Shown piece after piece: positions 39,647 through 53,111 of a DNA stretch of 64,000 nt. Origin of the DNA: Azolla caroliniana (lineage: Eukaryota > Plantae > Polypodiophyta); assembly GCA_043228905.1 (NCBI GenBank), contig JBHGNT010000017.1, positions 12,586,001 through 12,650,000 on the forward strand, given 5' to 3'. The stretch's first letter is position 1. Every line of letters begins with the position of its first letter. The notes below the pieces were generated by a model, which saw only the letters and a program-made list of their open reading frames with translations, had not been told where the DNA came from and ran no database searches. The position numbers were made by a program, and so were the translations under genes.

Positions 39647-39660
39647 ATGGGGATGCGGCA

Positions 39661-41250
39661 TGTTGAGAACCCGCAGAAGGCGAAGACAGCCCACGCACTG
39701 CCCATCGCGATTCGCAACCAAACACACCCAACTACGCACGCACATAGATGAAACCCTAATAGAGATAAAGTGTTCAAGAACAGAGATAGAGACATAGGCA
39801 AAACCCGAACTTATACACAGAAGTTTATTAACAAAATGGAACCTTGAAAAGAGGAACAGAACCCAAATACAAAGAAAATGGGAACCCCTTTACAAGGGAC
39901 GCTCCCTTCCTTTTATAGAACAAGGAGAGGGATATGTAACAATGTGGAATAAATCCCTATTTACATGGGATTCTCTATCCCGACTTAACTCCTACTCCGC
40001 ACCATAAAGGCGCCCCTATCACCTCCAGTATTTGTACAAGGGTGAGTGCACATGCCCCACCCTACCGATTCTTCGGATATTCCCCGGTTTCTCACCATGG
40101 CCTGGAATCTTCATGACATCCGCACCCACCAAACCGCACATCCACCGGTACGTGCCAAGTTCGGAGAAGGGTGAGAGATTCCGGCCAGTGAGGAACCGGT
40201 CTTTCGTAATCCGCATTCCGATTGCCGTGTTGGCCTCGCCGGTCGGAACCGTCGGCTCTGGTACCTTCTCTGCGCTTGCCTCTCTGTAGGCTTGTTCGAC
40301 CCGTCGGTATGTCGTTCACCGCGATCCCATAGTGCGTGTGCTTCTCTGTTGGCCCTTTGCATGACCGTATGCATGTTCCACGTCCCTTTGAATATACAGT
40401 GTCCTCCGTTCGAGGAACACCCGTGATGCCCCGCTTGGCCTCAGTCGACCTGCGTGATGCCTTGATTGCTTGTTTGGTGCCGTTGTTCGCCATTGCCCTT
40501 GTCCCCTTGCCGCCACCATCCATCTCCCTCGATCTCACGTTGCCATGTTGGCCAAACTGTCGGGGTCTTCGGAATTGGTGTGAAGGATCCTTCTTGGGCC
40601 TCAGATGTCCTTCTAGGCTACTGACCCGTGCAATCTGTCTTCGTGCCCGTACTCGCTCCGGCACCTCTCCGGCACCTCCGTGTGTCGTGCATCTCCTTGA
40701 CTTCACCCCAAAAGGGGCTCTGTCCAGCCTCCTCCGTTGCTCGCCACCGCTCTACCGAACTCCGATATCCCTCCATGCACGCTCCGTCGGCCCTCACCTA
40801 GCTAGATTCGTGCATTGCCGATTCACCCATTTACCTAGTGTCCTCCGTGTCCGAGGAACACCCCGTAGTAGCCCGCTTGGCCCTCTTTTGTCCCGCGTTG
40901 CTGCAATCGGTTCAGTGCCATCCGCTTGCCATCATCCCCTCACCCCCACCAGCTTGTTATCTCGAGCTTGGTTTGCCACGCTAGCCGTTCCCACTTCGAC
41001 TAAGCCGCCAAGATCTCCAAAGCGGATGTGGAGGATCCTTCTCTGGTCTTTGACTGTTTCCGATCACCGACTCGTGCAGTCTATCCCGCGCCCAATTTCC
41101 GTCCTGGCACCACCGTGTGCTGTCTTCCGCATCCCTTGTTTGGCTTCGCTTATGCCGAACACCGTCCCGTATCCATGCTTTACTTTGACCCTCGATGGCC
41201 ACACGCACGTCTCCCGTTCTGTTTTGCAATCGATCATTGTCCCAACACAA
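39661..41250 (-). mobile_element. Gypsy-type 3' end: 3' LTR 39661-40118, PPT and hairpin, uncharacterised 3' region
   Basis: The minus strand reads gcacgtaccggtggatgtgcggtttggtgggtgcgga|TGTCATG, the same pre-LTR motif as at 8345 and 50915. Confidence 0.7.
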
Positions 41251-43357
41251 CGCAGAACCTACCAACAATGGTTGAAATAGCTAGGAGAGCAGGTATCTGG
41301 TGTTGCCAACCAAATGGAGGAGGAACAACGGCAAGTTGGTAATCATGCGGAGCAGTTGCTAGCCACAATTCAAGAATGAAGGCCCGGGAACAAATATGAA
41401 GCCTGGAAGAAGAATTCTACGTCCATCATGGCAAACAAGGGCCAAACTACAAGCGCAGTAACGGAGCCGGTGCCACCGGCTACTCTACAGAAGGAAGCTC
41501 TACAAACGGAGGCATAACCAGTGGTGAGTACAACCCTAGAAAAAGACGTGGAGCGAGAAAAGGAAATAGCAACCTTAAGGGAAGAACTCACCACTGAGGA
41601 AGCACTACGAGAACGAGAGAGAGCACAAAAGCAGACAACCGAGGAAGAGAAGCAAAGACTAGAGGAAAATCTCCGGAAAAGTCACGCACATAATGATCGG
41701 CTGAAGGAAGAAAGAGAAAATTTGTTGCACGAAAAGGATAAGCTCCGGAGAATGGTGGAAACAGAAATAGAGCGGTAGAAGGAAGAAATCTGGCAACAAG
41801 AGGATCGGGAGGATCATGCACGCTCTCAAATCAACCGGAGCCTTAAACAGAAAACGGAGGATTTCAAAAAGTTGCACGAAGACCACAAGCAACTAGATGC
41901 CGAACACGAGAAGCTTGGGTTGGAATGTGACCGGCAACAAGAGAAGATAAAAGAAATCTTGAGGGAGCTAACCAAGATCACGGAGGGGTTGGTGAAGGTA
42001 CGCACTCAGCCGGTCGCTACGGCAAAGGCACTTGCAGAAGCAGCAAAACAAAAAACGGAGTTGAACCAGAAGCACTATGAAGAAACGGAATGGGCAAAAA
42101 TGGCTTTGGATAAGGTCCAAACCACATACCAGACCCAACTACTTAACTCTGAAGTGCAGGTTCAGGATACCGCGACACTCATCAAGAAAATGAAGGACGA
42201 AAAGAAGGATTATGAGGACAATATCAAGCTTGGGGTGGAGCGAATGCGGATGATAGTCACAACATGGAAAAACCGGACAAAGGCAAACATCTATGTGGAC
42301 GCAATGGTTAAAGCAAGGAGTGGAATTACATGTGGAGAAAAACCGGTGACAATTTCTACAAGATCGATGAAGAAAGTATAGTCACCATCCGTGAGGAATT
42401 TTTGCTGGATTTTTGCTCCTTGGATGAAACCCACCTTGAAGCTGTCCAGAGGTTGATTGAAAGGCTTGAGGATTATCACCTCGGAACGCAACTATAGTTC
42501 AAAAGATATGAACACAAGTGACGCAGGTTGGAAGCAAAAAAACGGGTGGCGGCAATAACTATCAGTGATGAGGAGTAGACTATAGAACCGCAACTACAGG
42601 AGAAGGAGCTGCCACAAGAAGCCAACGGGGAACAACCAAGAGAAGCCGGTGCGGACCAGGACAAAGTGGTCGGGTCAGAGCAGGAGGCAGGAATCGGAAA
42701 GGGCGGATGTTGAAACTGACGCAAGAACGGAGATACCTCAACCAAAAGAAGCCAGAAATAAGTAGCAGAAGTAAGAAGAGTAGCAACAGATCGAGGACCC
42801 ACTCGAACCCCTGGACTAGAGCATATTGGACATACTCATCGAGGATTGAAGGGGTTAACCGTGGGTTCGACTTACAATGTACTGTCCCATGGGCGTGCCA
42901 TGTGTTGGTCGGAACCCGGAGTATGAAAGACAAGTGGGGGACGAGTCGGAAGTGGAAAGTATTAGTTATTAATTAGCTAAAATTAAAATAGGAACTTACA
43001 GATCCGGAAGAGTTGCAACGATCCGGATCTGGACCAATCCGTAGCCGATTGTCGGTATGGCATCGTTTTGTAATCAGAACCGGATTGCTATAAAACGATC
43101 TGAAGAACAATGTATTAAGTGCGAGGGAATGAATGAGTAAAATTTTCTTTGAGAATATTGTGTACCTTCCGTTTTGTGAATATGGTTCTATCTTACGTAC
43201 GGTATCAATTTGTGTATGTTGTTAATCCGGAATCGACCCGGAATTAGTCGGATATAATTATAATTTCTGCCCGAAGCATAAACCCCGTCACCACCCTTTG
43301 GTGAAGTGATCCGAAGGGACACCCTGTGCTAGTGGCTAGTCTGGCCCAGGAGTAACA
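41250..43357 (+). mobile_element. LTR element 3' end with a degenerate coiled-coil ORF, PPT and LTR 42708-43357
   Basis: E/K/Q-rich heptad-like ORFs 41521-41778 and 41872-42381 share a frame. ggaaagggcgga|TGTTG...AACA with an internal ctataaaa. Confidence 0.6.
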
Positions 43358-43615
43358 AGAGTCGACATCCAGTTTGAGATTTCGATCGAGAGGGATTGCC
43401 ACAGATTTGCACTCAGTCATCCTGAACTTGTATACTAGTGTCATTGAGAGATCATAATACTTGCCAAAGTCCGAATTACCTCGATGCCGAGGAAGTAATG
43501 GAGCTCCTTCATGTCTGTCATCTTGAATTTTCTAGAGAGGAGGGGCTTGACCTTGTTGATGTCAACTAAATGCTCACCTCCAATAACCAGATCATCCACT
43601 TATAGGATGATGACA
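43358..43615 (-). mobile_element. copia RT fragment
   Basis: YKFRMTECKSVAIPLDRNLKL and MKELHYFLGIEVIR on minus. Confidence 0.85.
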
Positions 43616-45111
43616 GTCGGGCTATCAGTCGTTTCATATGTAGTGGCGGATCAGGTTGAGCTTGTTCGCTCAACACCAACAACCAAACCTTGGCTTATAT
43701 AAGGAGGAGCCTCTCTGCCTAATCTTTGAGTTCTACTTCCTCTCTCATTGTCACCTTGAACACTCTCTTGCTCCTCATATCTTTTGGTTTGTCCCAACTT
43801 TGGGACTGTTATAATCTTCCATCTCCTTCTTATAATATAAATCATCTTTCTTGTACCAATTCTCTTTGTTCTAACTGTGTTTCATTTGTTTAGAGACCCT
43901 CATAATCTACGAACACTTTGGATACTTGGAGTCTAGAATGTGGGCTCTTCAAAGTTGGGCATCATTTGAGATCTAACACCATTACTAATAGTAATTTTAA
44001 AATTTTAACGTGCATAATTTTATGTAGATGTTGTCATAATGATGCCCAAAAGATGTAATACAATACACGAAATCAAGTTCAAGAATATGAAATCCGAATT
44101 TGGAGGCACTTAAATATTTAGAATCCTCAATGAATTTTGCATTAAACACAATATGCAAAGAAAATAGGAAGTACACAAATCGTGGGAGGTTTCACCTTGA
44201 GTTTGCGCATTTCCTTTCCTTTGAAGATGGATATTGTCTCAATTGTTTAAGCTAGTACAATGAAATCTAATTAAGGTATGATGAAAACTTTGCAAACCAT
44301 TTTTCCTTGTAGTCGTAAATTTAACACTTGTTTACAAATGAAATTAAAAGAATTATCTTCTAATTCACTCTTTGCAAAGTAAGGTCCCTCATCCACCTTT
44401 TAAGCATTAAAAATAAAGTAAACACATGATGACCCTAACATGTCAAAATGTCGTATTTTTATTTTTATCATAAAGTTAGAGTTCTTTAGACAAATATTGC
44501 CCATGATAACTCAAATGAAAGAAAATTTTACAAGTATTCACTGTAAGTTATAATGCACATATGTTTCAATATAAAAGTTGGTGTTTTTGGAAAAACTATG
44601 ATTTGGTTTGCCCATAAATATTATTAAAGTTAATAAAGTTCTACAACTTATGAATAAAGTTATATTGACCATTTTGACATGAGCTAGCACAATGTAGTAA
44701 GTCTTGGGATGAAGAGAATGAACCACATGCCTCTTCACCATATAAAAGATGCACTTTCTCTTGTGGTGGATGTAAACCAAAGTCGTCCAAATATTTCATT
44801 GAGTAATATTATCCCTCTAAGCTTTCACTTTTGAAAAGTAAGGTATAAATAAAAGACAATGACATTCGTGGGCAAGATGGCTCAAGAGTTTCAGGTTTAA
44901 GCGCCACTTTCGGTACTGACCCTACTCAAACTTCCAAATGAAGTAAAAAATAGGAATGAAGTAAAATAAGCTATGATGTAAAGTATTGTTTCACCTAATG
45001 TTTGGTGGGTAACAAACAATGATAACTTAGCTCACAAGAAGTATAAGAGAATATGATGATAGAGTTCTTGCTATTAGGATTTAAGGATACTCAGTATCAA
45101 GTAGAGATAAC

Positions 45112-45144
<33 letters not shown>

Positions 45145-45771
45145 ACTAGGGCGTATATGTTTTCAACGACAACAAAACATCTTCTTCAAGGTGAAATATA
45201 AGGTGTTCTTGGAATATAATTATATTTTGTTTCTAGCCGAAAACTCTTGTTTCTAACATTGATTGATGGCACTTCTTATTCCAATTGAGTAATCATCCAA
45301 ATAATTCCGAAATTCCACAATCATAGAGTAAATAACCATTACAATTGGTTTTTCATATATAAATCTTATGAAGAATGTCATAATGTTAATAGGTTGGTGA
45401 GTGTATACGAGGTTTTTACCTCACTAACGAAAAATAAGCACTCAATGATTCTATTTGATTTAAATGGACACTCCTTCCAACTCTAAACCACACAAGTGAG
45501 GATGGGAAGTTCTTTGCAAAATCCTAGCAAATAAAAGAAATGAATCTAATCAATATGATGATATTGTTTGCGATCCTCTTTGCCTTACATATAAATATAA
45601 TTTTATGTCACTAAGGTTCTTAAGATTATGCTTTTGATTTAAATGAGCTCACTACTAGTTCATTCCATTAATAATAGTTTTTGTGAATTGGTCAACATGA
45701 TATTCAACCATAGATGCAGTCATTCATTAGAACATTTACGTTTGTTCCAATAAATTTTTATCACAGGTTTA

Positions 45772-46105
45772 ATGGATGTGATGGCAAGCTTTCTTGGTTT
45801 TATTATGGTCGGTTTTGTCTCCTTCTTTGTGAGTGCACTTGCAACGGAATACAATGTGGGTGATTCGTCAGGTTGGAACCTTGGCGTTGATTATGCAACT
45901 TGGGCTTCTCAATACTCTTTCAAGCTTGGTGACACACTTAGTAAGTTAACTAATTCTCAATTACATCTCAATTGCAAATATAAATAAGTATGCATATATT
46001 GTGTTTGTGTTAAGTGTGTTTACTCTTCCAATGTAAGTTTGAGATCATCTAAGATAGTTTGGTGTTTTAGATTACACCACAAAAATACATACATATAACG
46101 TATCT

Positions 46106-46138
<33 letters not shown>

Positions 46139-46743
46139 GTGCACGTATTTGAGCAAAGAAATATTAACAAATAAGGAAAAAGTGAAAAAAAGATATATTG
46201 ATTTCAAAACCTTTTGGTTCATGAAAATCCACTTTCTCTCTTCTTTTGTATAGATTAACTTTGGAATTTAGTATCTTCAAAAAACTATCCATATTATGTT
46301 CATTATAAGGTTAAATTTTTTGTATATATGTTTTCTTTATAGAGTTTACTTATGGCGGACTTCATTCCGTTGCTAGAGTGAGTGAAGAAGACTTCAAAAA
46401 TTGTAATGTTGCAAATGTAATAACATCGAGTTCAACTGGAAACACAATTATTAAGTTGGATACACAACAAACATATTATTTTATTTGTGGAAATGCAATG
46501 CATTGCAAAGGAGGCATGCAACTAATTATAAAAGTAGGCATACAACCTTCTGCAAGTTCTACACCAACAACTTCCAATACTCTTGGCCCTTCCAACTCAA
46601 GATCTAATCCGTCGACATCATTATCCTCTTCAACCTCAACATCCTCATCATCCATAATTTCTTTCACAACATCGATAAGATACACATGTCTTATGGTAAT
46701 TGGTGCAACCGTCATAATTCATTACATGTCTCTCTACACTTGA
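45772..46743 (+). CDS. Phytocyanin (uclacyanin/plantacyanin-like blue copper protein), 2 exons, 189 aa, predicted signal peptide and GPI-type tail
   Basis: Exon 1 is 45772-45940 (YNVGDSSGW...YATWAS..FKLGDTL), followed by a phase-1 GT-AG intron. Exon 2 is 46343-46743 (HSV...C...YFICGNAMHCKGGMQL). Cu ligands are His, Cys, His and Met, followed by an S/T-rich linker and a hydrophobic C-terminus. Confidence 0.93.
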
Positions 46744-47356
46744 GTTTTGGCTTTGAAATATGCCTTTCTTTAAAGTAGAAACTATCATATTAATCAACAC
46801 AAGAGCAATCCATTACAATATTTGCATACTATTAAGCATCACTCTTTGAGTGTGCTTGTATGTTAATGGATCACAATCCTAGTTCGTAAGAAGTTGTATA
46901 GTTTGAACTCAATGAATCATGTGAAATATTGTTGATTAGTCTTTATTCGTCATAAATTTTTGTTCAAGAATGTTGATATGCATTAGAATGTTAATGTTAC
47001 ACAATGACACCCTAAACTTCAATTTGTTGGAGATAACATATATGATATTGCCTTATGCTTCAAGTTATGGTTGAAAAACATAGGTTTTGAGATATTCCAT
47101 ATTTGAATACTTACCCATGAAGAGTTCAAGCATACACCCTTTCTAATATGCACAATAGACAACCTATAATGAGTACGAATAAGTTGCTTATAAGTATAAC
47201 ATATTAAGTCATGTAATTTCATGACTTGCAAAGTTGTGTTTGTGTGTTCTCTTAAATATTGACATTGTAAAAAGTTTATATGTGGAACCTGCACAATTAG
47301 TCAACTCAGCCGGCACCATAAGATACACAGAGAATGTGAGTGAAGGGCAAGTACAC

Positions 47357-47360
<4 letters not shown>

Positions 47361-47402
<42 letters not shown>

Positions 47403-47545
47403 AGCAGACAACTGAATCTTTAATTTAAATGATAATGCTCTGTGTGCTCATTAAGCACTTCTTTATCAATTTAGCTGAGTTAGCAGACAACTGAATCTTT
47501 AATTTAAATGATATAATGCACTGTGTGCTCATTAAGCACTTTTTA
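47361..47545. repeat. (GA)n microsatellite followed by a ~79-bp tandem duplication
   Basis: gagttagcagacaactgaatctttaatttaaatgat occurs at ~47398 and ~47477. Confidence 0.85.
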
Positions 47546-47589
47546 TAAAAGCCCTTGACAGTTGGTTGTGATGAGGTATAGACACGTAA

Positions 47590-49070
47590 GAGTGTAACAC
47601 GCGTCACGTTTTATGCTCGATTATAATGAAAAAGAAACACACACAATGACACAACAAAGATTACACAAGATTTAACGTGGAAAAACCCTCAATGAGGGAA
47701 ACAACCACGGGACAAAAGTCCAAAACCAATCCACTATCACCAAAGAGATACAACACAAGTACAAATTCTACTTCTAGATATACTAGAAATAAGTAGAGAT
47801 ATGTAGCATAGTACTACCAACAAAGATGGTACAATAATCCAAAGGGATAAGATTATCTCTCAAGCATATAAGAGAAAAGAAGAGAGAAGAAAACCCGGAT
47901 AAGAACGTCCACAAGTCGAAGTAGTAGCCGTGTAGATCTCATGTTGAGTAGTGGAGATGGAAAGGAGATTGGGAGTAGATGAGTTGAGCACCAAGCTTCA
48001 CCAAGCTTCTCCAAGCTTCACCAAGCTTCACTATGCTTCTCTATGCTTCACTATGCTTCACACTCATCATACTTTGTTCTCACCTCTTCCCATATATATA
48101 TATCTCCTTTCCACCCTCTCTTCGCTTTGTCTCTCTCAAAACAAAAACGGTCGTTTTGTTTTGTTTTCCTCTTTATTATTATTATTATTATTATTTTTCT
48201 TTTCTTTCTTTACTCACTATAAAACGTAACTTACATTTACCCTTTTAAAGAAATATAGTAAGGGTAATAATTACTAAAGAAACAAAACTTTCGTTTTGTT
48301 TTATATTACTATCTAATAATAATAATAAATATTATTAAAAAAGAAAAGACAAAATAGTGACCGGATACATTTTCTACAAAAGTCTCTTTTGTAGAAAATA
48401 CTTCACTCTGTTTGTCTATTTTTAGCAAAATCTCCTTTCCATCTTTCTGCCATTCATCATGTAAGGAGTATACTTATCATTGCGTGGCGTGGTGATTAAA
48501 TGTGACAAAATATTTAACGGCGATTACTAACAGTTAACTGACTTTTTTTCCCCATAATTATGAAGAACTGAAAAATTAATCGTTTATTTACATCTATAGT
48601 ACAATTGATTTATTTAAGTAGCCTATTTGGCTAAAAGTAACCCCTTTGCCCGAGGATAATTTGTCCTTTGCTTTGGCCTCGTCATTTCAGCTTGTCATTC
48701 TTTCGGCCTATCCCTTGTTGTCTTCGTCAACTACTATGTTGCTTTGACTCCTTTTTCGGTCAAGGCCGAATCGGTCACTATGTTTCCTTCGGCTACGGCC
48801 GATTCGGCCAAGATGTTTCGGGTTTCCCTTCTTTCAACCAACTCGTTTCGGCCCTTTTTGTCGGTGAATGGATTTGGCAATGTTGGCCCTAGGTAGGGTT
48901 TGAGTATGAACCCAGTCAACCGCTTCTTCATTTCTTCTCTCGCCAATGTACCGCAATGATATGCTTTGTTAAAACTAATGGAAGGATATTTTGTTTTGAA
49001 AAAAGAAAAAAGAAAAGAAAAATGTAACGAGCTGATCAATAATCCAATATGGGCCTGTCCATCTGAATCT
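47590..49070 (-). mobile_element. Probable copia LTR remnant
   Basis: gatttaacgtggaaaaaccct...aaccacggga (47669-47712) matches the motif in the Tork LTR at 29811-29850. The ends are not resolved. Confidence 0.45.
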
Positions 49071-49169
49071 TAACTTTCCCTGAGTTCTATCCATGTTTGA
49101 AATACCAATATCGGCCTGCCAAACCCAAACATTTTTTCATTGCCTTTGTAGTGTTTGTCGACAAAATCC

Positions 49170-50216
49170 ATCTATCTGCGTTGATCTTGCTCAAGTTGCC
49201 ACATGAGCCGGCACTCAAGGACTTCCTAGCATGGGAGCAAGGAGCAAGCAGGGTGTAATACTGCCTTTCGTCTTGTGTGCATGACTAGATGCAAAATTGC
49301 CAAAAGAAGATTTTTGCGGCAAGCACAAAGGCACGGAAGTTCAAGCTTTGACAAGAACTCAACAACATTCGACAATGACATATATCGGTTACCGACTATA
49401 CCACTAAAATAAAGGAGATCTGCGACATGCATAGTTCCATCAACGTGACGGTGGACGAAGACAAGATGATCTAGATATGCCTCGGTGGTCTAGCACAATG
49501 GTGTGGGCCAATCCGAATGGCGATTTGCACCTGGGAGAAACCACTGTCCTTCTTCAAGGTGCAATAGATGCTAATGGTCGAAGACAACCACGTGAGTGGG
49601 TCAAGGACCACTCATTCAGACAGCCGGATGTTGTACACAGAGGCAGATCGGTCCCGTGGGCATGGAGGATGAGGTGTGTTGGCACGCAATAGCGGTGGCC
49701 GGCAGGAGCAGAATCGAAGGCACACAGACAGTGCCAACAACAGTTCCGGACCCTCGACAGGGGGAGTCAAAGCAGCGCCGAAAACTGGCAAGTGAAGGCC
49801 GACACGGAATGTTAGTATTGTGGCAAGAAGACCCACCGCGAGAGGAAGTGCTAGAGGAAGCACACTGATTCGCTTTAATCCGGATCCGGTAAGGTCAGAC
49901 AAGGGAATCAGTAGAGCTTGCACTACACAAAAGGATTGGAAGGATCCGGAACCTGAAAGATCAGAAAAGGGCTAGCCTTCGTGATGAAGCACAAGGCGAA
50001 CTCGATAAAGAAGACCACTTCCAAATCGAAGGAATTGTGATACGTTGCCAATGGAGCATCAAACCACATGATGAGCCACAAAGAGTGGTTCTCATACCTG
50101 GAGAAACCAAAGCAATCGGGAGTTGTTGAAACCGAAAATGGCACTCCTCAGCCGATCGAGCATGTCGGAGAAGTTCCTTTAAGCCATGTTGGACAAAAGG
50201 GAAAGTTGATGAATGT
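49170..50216 (+). mobile_element. copia gag-protease fragment, split by the gypsy at 50217-63748 and resuming at 63749-~63880
   Basis: Left ...GKLMN joined to right VLHVPIITKNLVSVGHIVDQG rebuilds the copia protease motif across the TSD ATGT/ACGT. Confidence 0.88.
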
Positions 50217-51360
50217 TGTTGCGTAACTACTCGTATGTGTGAGAAACGAAGGCGGGACCGCAGGGGTCCTGGACCGAAGAGTGTGAGAAGGAGAAGGAGA
50301 GGAACAATGAGCACACGTCGTGCAAGACGTGGGGTGTCGTGAACACAGAGCTCATCCGGCTCAGACGAAACTAGAGCGGTGCGAGAGACATGTAGAGGAG
50401 ACAAAAGGGAACCACAATCAATTAAGAAAAAAAGGTTATAGCGGCACGCCGGTAGCCGAGCCACAACTCAGCCAACAATGCGCACACCCCAACCCCGAGA
50501 TACAATGTGGAGCCTCTGTCAGGAGCACACAGGCTTCCTGCACGAACAGAGTCGTCAGGTAAATAACTTCCGCAGAGAATGAAACAGAGAACATCGCTCG
50601 GTTCCCAATCCGACAACACTTCATTCTCCTAAATCCCGTCCCCAACTCAGTCCTCTCTCCCTCCTTTTATAGTCCAAGGAGAGAGAAGGGTTCTTCCATC
50701 AAGTAGTTATTTTCTACCATTTCGGACAAAGATTCATCTAGATTTATTCATCCTATTCAAGTTCCTACGTCACGCCAACCTAGCCTAGTCCTAGGTTATT
50801 TACAAGCATAGTTTATAATTAGTGAGCATCCGTGCACGTTGCGGTTCACACGCCTTTGGTCTCTATTTCTTCTTGTAGCCGGTTTTCCCCCACGACATCC
50901 ACCCCCACCAAACCGCACGTCCACCGGTATGTGCCGAGAGAGAGAGAGATAGATATGGGGAAGAACCAACCGTTTGTCACTCGTCGTCCTCTGATCCGTC
51001 GACCTTCCTGCCTTCGTCCGCTCTTCCCAGGCCTATATTCTCGTCTTCGCAACCCGGGTCCGACTCGTCCTCGCATTGTTTCTTGAACGCCTTGATCTGT
51101 TTTCCTCAGCGTTGTGTACGTACGTGTATTTAACGTATCAATACGTATAATACCTTCTTATTTGTATAGTACGTACCATACGTCAAAGTTGTTCATTCAA
51201 ATGTCATATACATTCGTCTAATATGGTATTTAACGTACCTTTAAAAAAATACGTATAGTACGTATTTATAGAAAATATGAGTAAAACCCTAAAGAAAGCA
51301 AAAGAAAAGAACAACTTTAGTAAAATAGAAGGAAGGAAGAAAGACGGACAGAATAGACTT

Positions 51361-51660
51361 AGAAGAAGAAGAAGAAGAAGAAACAGAAAAAGCAGAAGAA
51401 GAAGAAGAAGAAGAAGAAGAAGAAGAAGAAGAAGAAGAAGAAGAAGAAGAAGAAGAAGCACTAGAAGAAGAAGCACTAGAAGAAGAAGCACTAGCAGAAG
51501 AAGAAGAAGAAGAAGAAGCAGAAAAAGCAGAAGAAGAAGAAGAAGAAGAAGAAGAAGAAGAAGAAGAAGAAGAAGAAGAAGAAGCACTAGAAGAAGAAGA
51601 AGAAGAAGCACAAGAAGAAGAAGAAGAAGAAGAAGAAGAAGAAGAAGAAGAAGAAGAAGA
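51361..51660. repeat. Compound (GAA)n microsatellite, ~300 bp, inside the hAT
   Basis: GAA runs interrupted by gcacta and cagaaaaagc. Confidence 0.95.
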
Positions 51661-52309
51661 AAATAAAATCAGGTTAGTGAATATGTTTCTTTCTTTTATT
51701 TTTTATGATTAAGTATACCTCCCATTTTGTTGTATTCCAATGTCAAGTTGTATGATAATACCAAATGACAAGGGAGATTTAATTTTTAGTTGATCTAGTT
51801 TACGTATGCTTGTGTCCAACAATCTATCTATTCCACAATAATGCATCTATACAAGTAACAAATTGGTAGACAATTGTAATTGACGTCATGCAATAAAACT
51901 CTCCTCTTTGCAAGTGTTCAGATCAAATATTATAGGAACCATGTGTTGAAACTCAAACATGTATGTATACATGTAGACAATGTGTTCAAAATCATTCACA
52001 ATTTGTAGCATTAGCTAATCCTTTGCTTATTGATTTTAGTGGTTGTATCCCATTTAAATTCATTTCAGAAATTGATCATCCTAATTTACTTTCCATGTTA
52101 CTATAAATGACATTGGTTTCCAGAAACATTGAAGATCTCAATTTCGTGTCATGGGAAAAGTGCTTGGTCCTTTTTTAATGATGTCCCATGTTTTATCATT
52201 TGCAATGCATATTTATTTTTGTTAACAACTACTCATTTTTTGGAATATCATGGTTTTGGTTGTCTGCTTTTGAATGTGATGGGTATGAATAAATGTGCAC
52301 TAGCTAGAA

Positions 52310-52800
52310 TCCTTTCAATACAGCCTCCATATACATGGATTGTCCTTTATCTGTAGGCCCTAATAAACCGCACACTTTTAGGACATGGGCATCCGGAAAG
52401 ATTCCATCAACTTGCATTTTATCGAAAGAATTTAATGCTTTCTCAGTAGTTCTATACTCAACAAACCCTCCAATGAGAGCATTCCTTTAAGACACAAGAA
52501 AAGGTTAGAGTGTTTGGTAGTAATAAGTATCCCCTCATCTTGTATCTTTTCAAAGCTTTTCAGTGCATCCTCAACGGGTCCATGCTCAGCATATCATGCA
52601 ATCAATGTTGTCCATAATACCACATCTCGGCTGGACATTCGGTTGAAAACATTTTGCACTTCCACTATAGATCCACATTTGACATACATATCTAGCAAAG
52701 CACTATGAATAAATAGATCTTCATCGAACCCTTTCTGTACATCTTCAAGATGGATTTCTTGACCAAATTCTACTTCCCTTTTGGCTTCCAAACTTGTTGA
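52310..52800 (-). pseudogene. PLS-class PPR gene fragment captured within the hAT
   Basis: GQEIH...SALLDMYVKCGSIVEVQNVFNRMSSRDVVLWTTLIA*YAEHGPVEDALKSFEKIQ, then NALIGGFVEY...KALNSFDKMQVDGI, with a stop and frameshifts. Confidence 0.85.
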
Positions 52801-53111
52801 ATTTTTTGCTTTTATGCATGTCGTTAATACGTTAAGCATTAAGGCTCTTTAGTTAAGTTATGGTAATTTTTGCTTCCTTTTTAGCTTCCAAAAGAGTTTA
52901 ATTTTCTGTTTTTATACATGTCCTTAATTGTAACATTTTCTTGTATTTGCTTTCTATGAATAAAAGATACTCTTGAGTATCCTGTAGTTGCTTATTTAAA
53001 GTAGTATAATCCTCATCCTTCCTGAAGGTTGATCTATTCAAAGTTTTCAGTTCTTCGATTTGCTTTAATGCATTCATATAATCTTGCTCCTCAATGTCAT
53101 AAAGAAGGAAA

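Noticed and set aside
51204-51666. Poly-Arg (+) and poly-Leu (-) ORFs
   Set aside because: They are translations of a GAA microsatellite, not genes.
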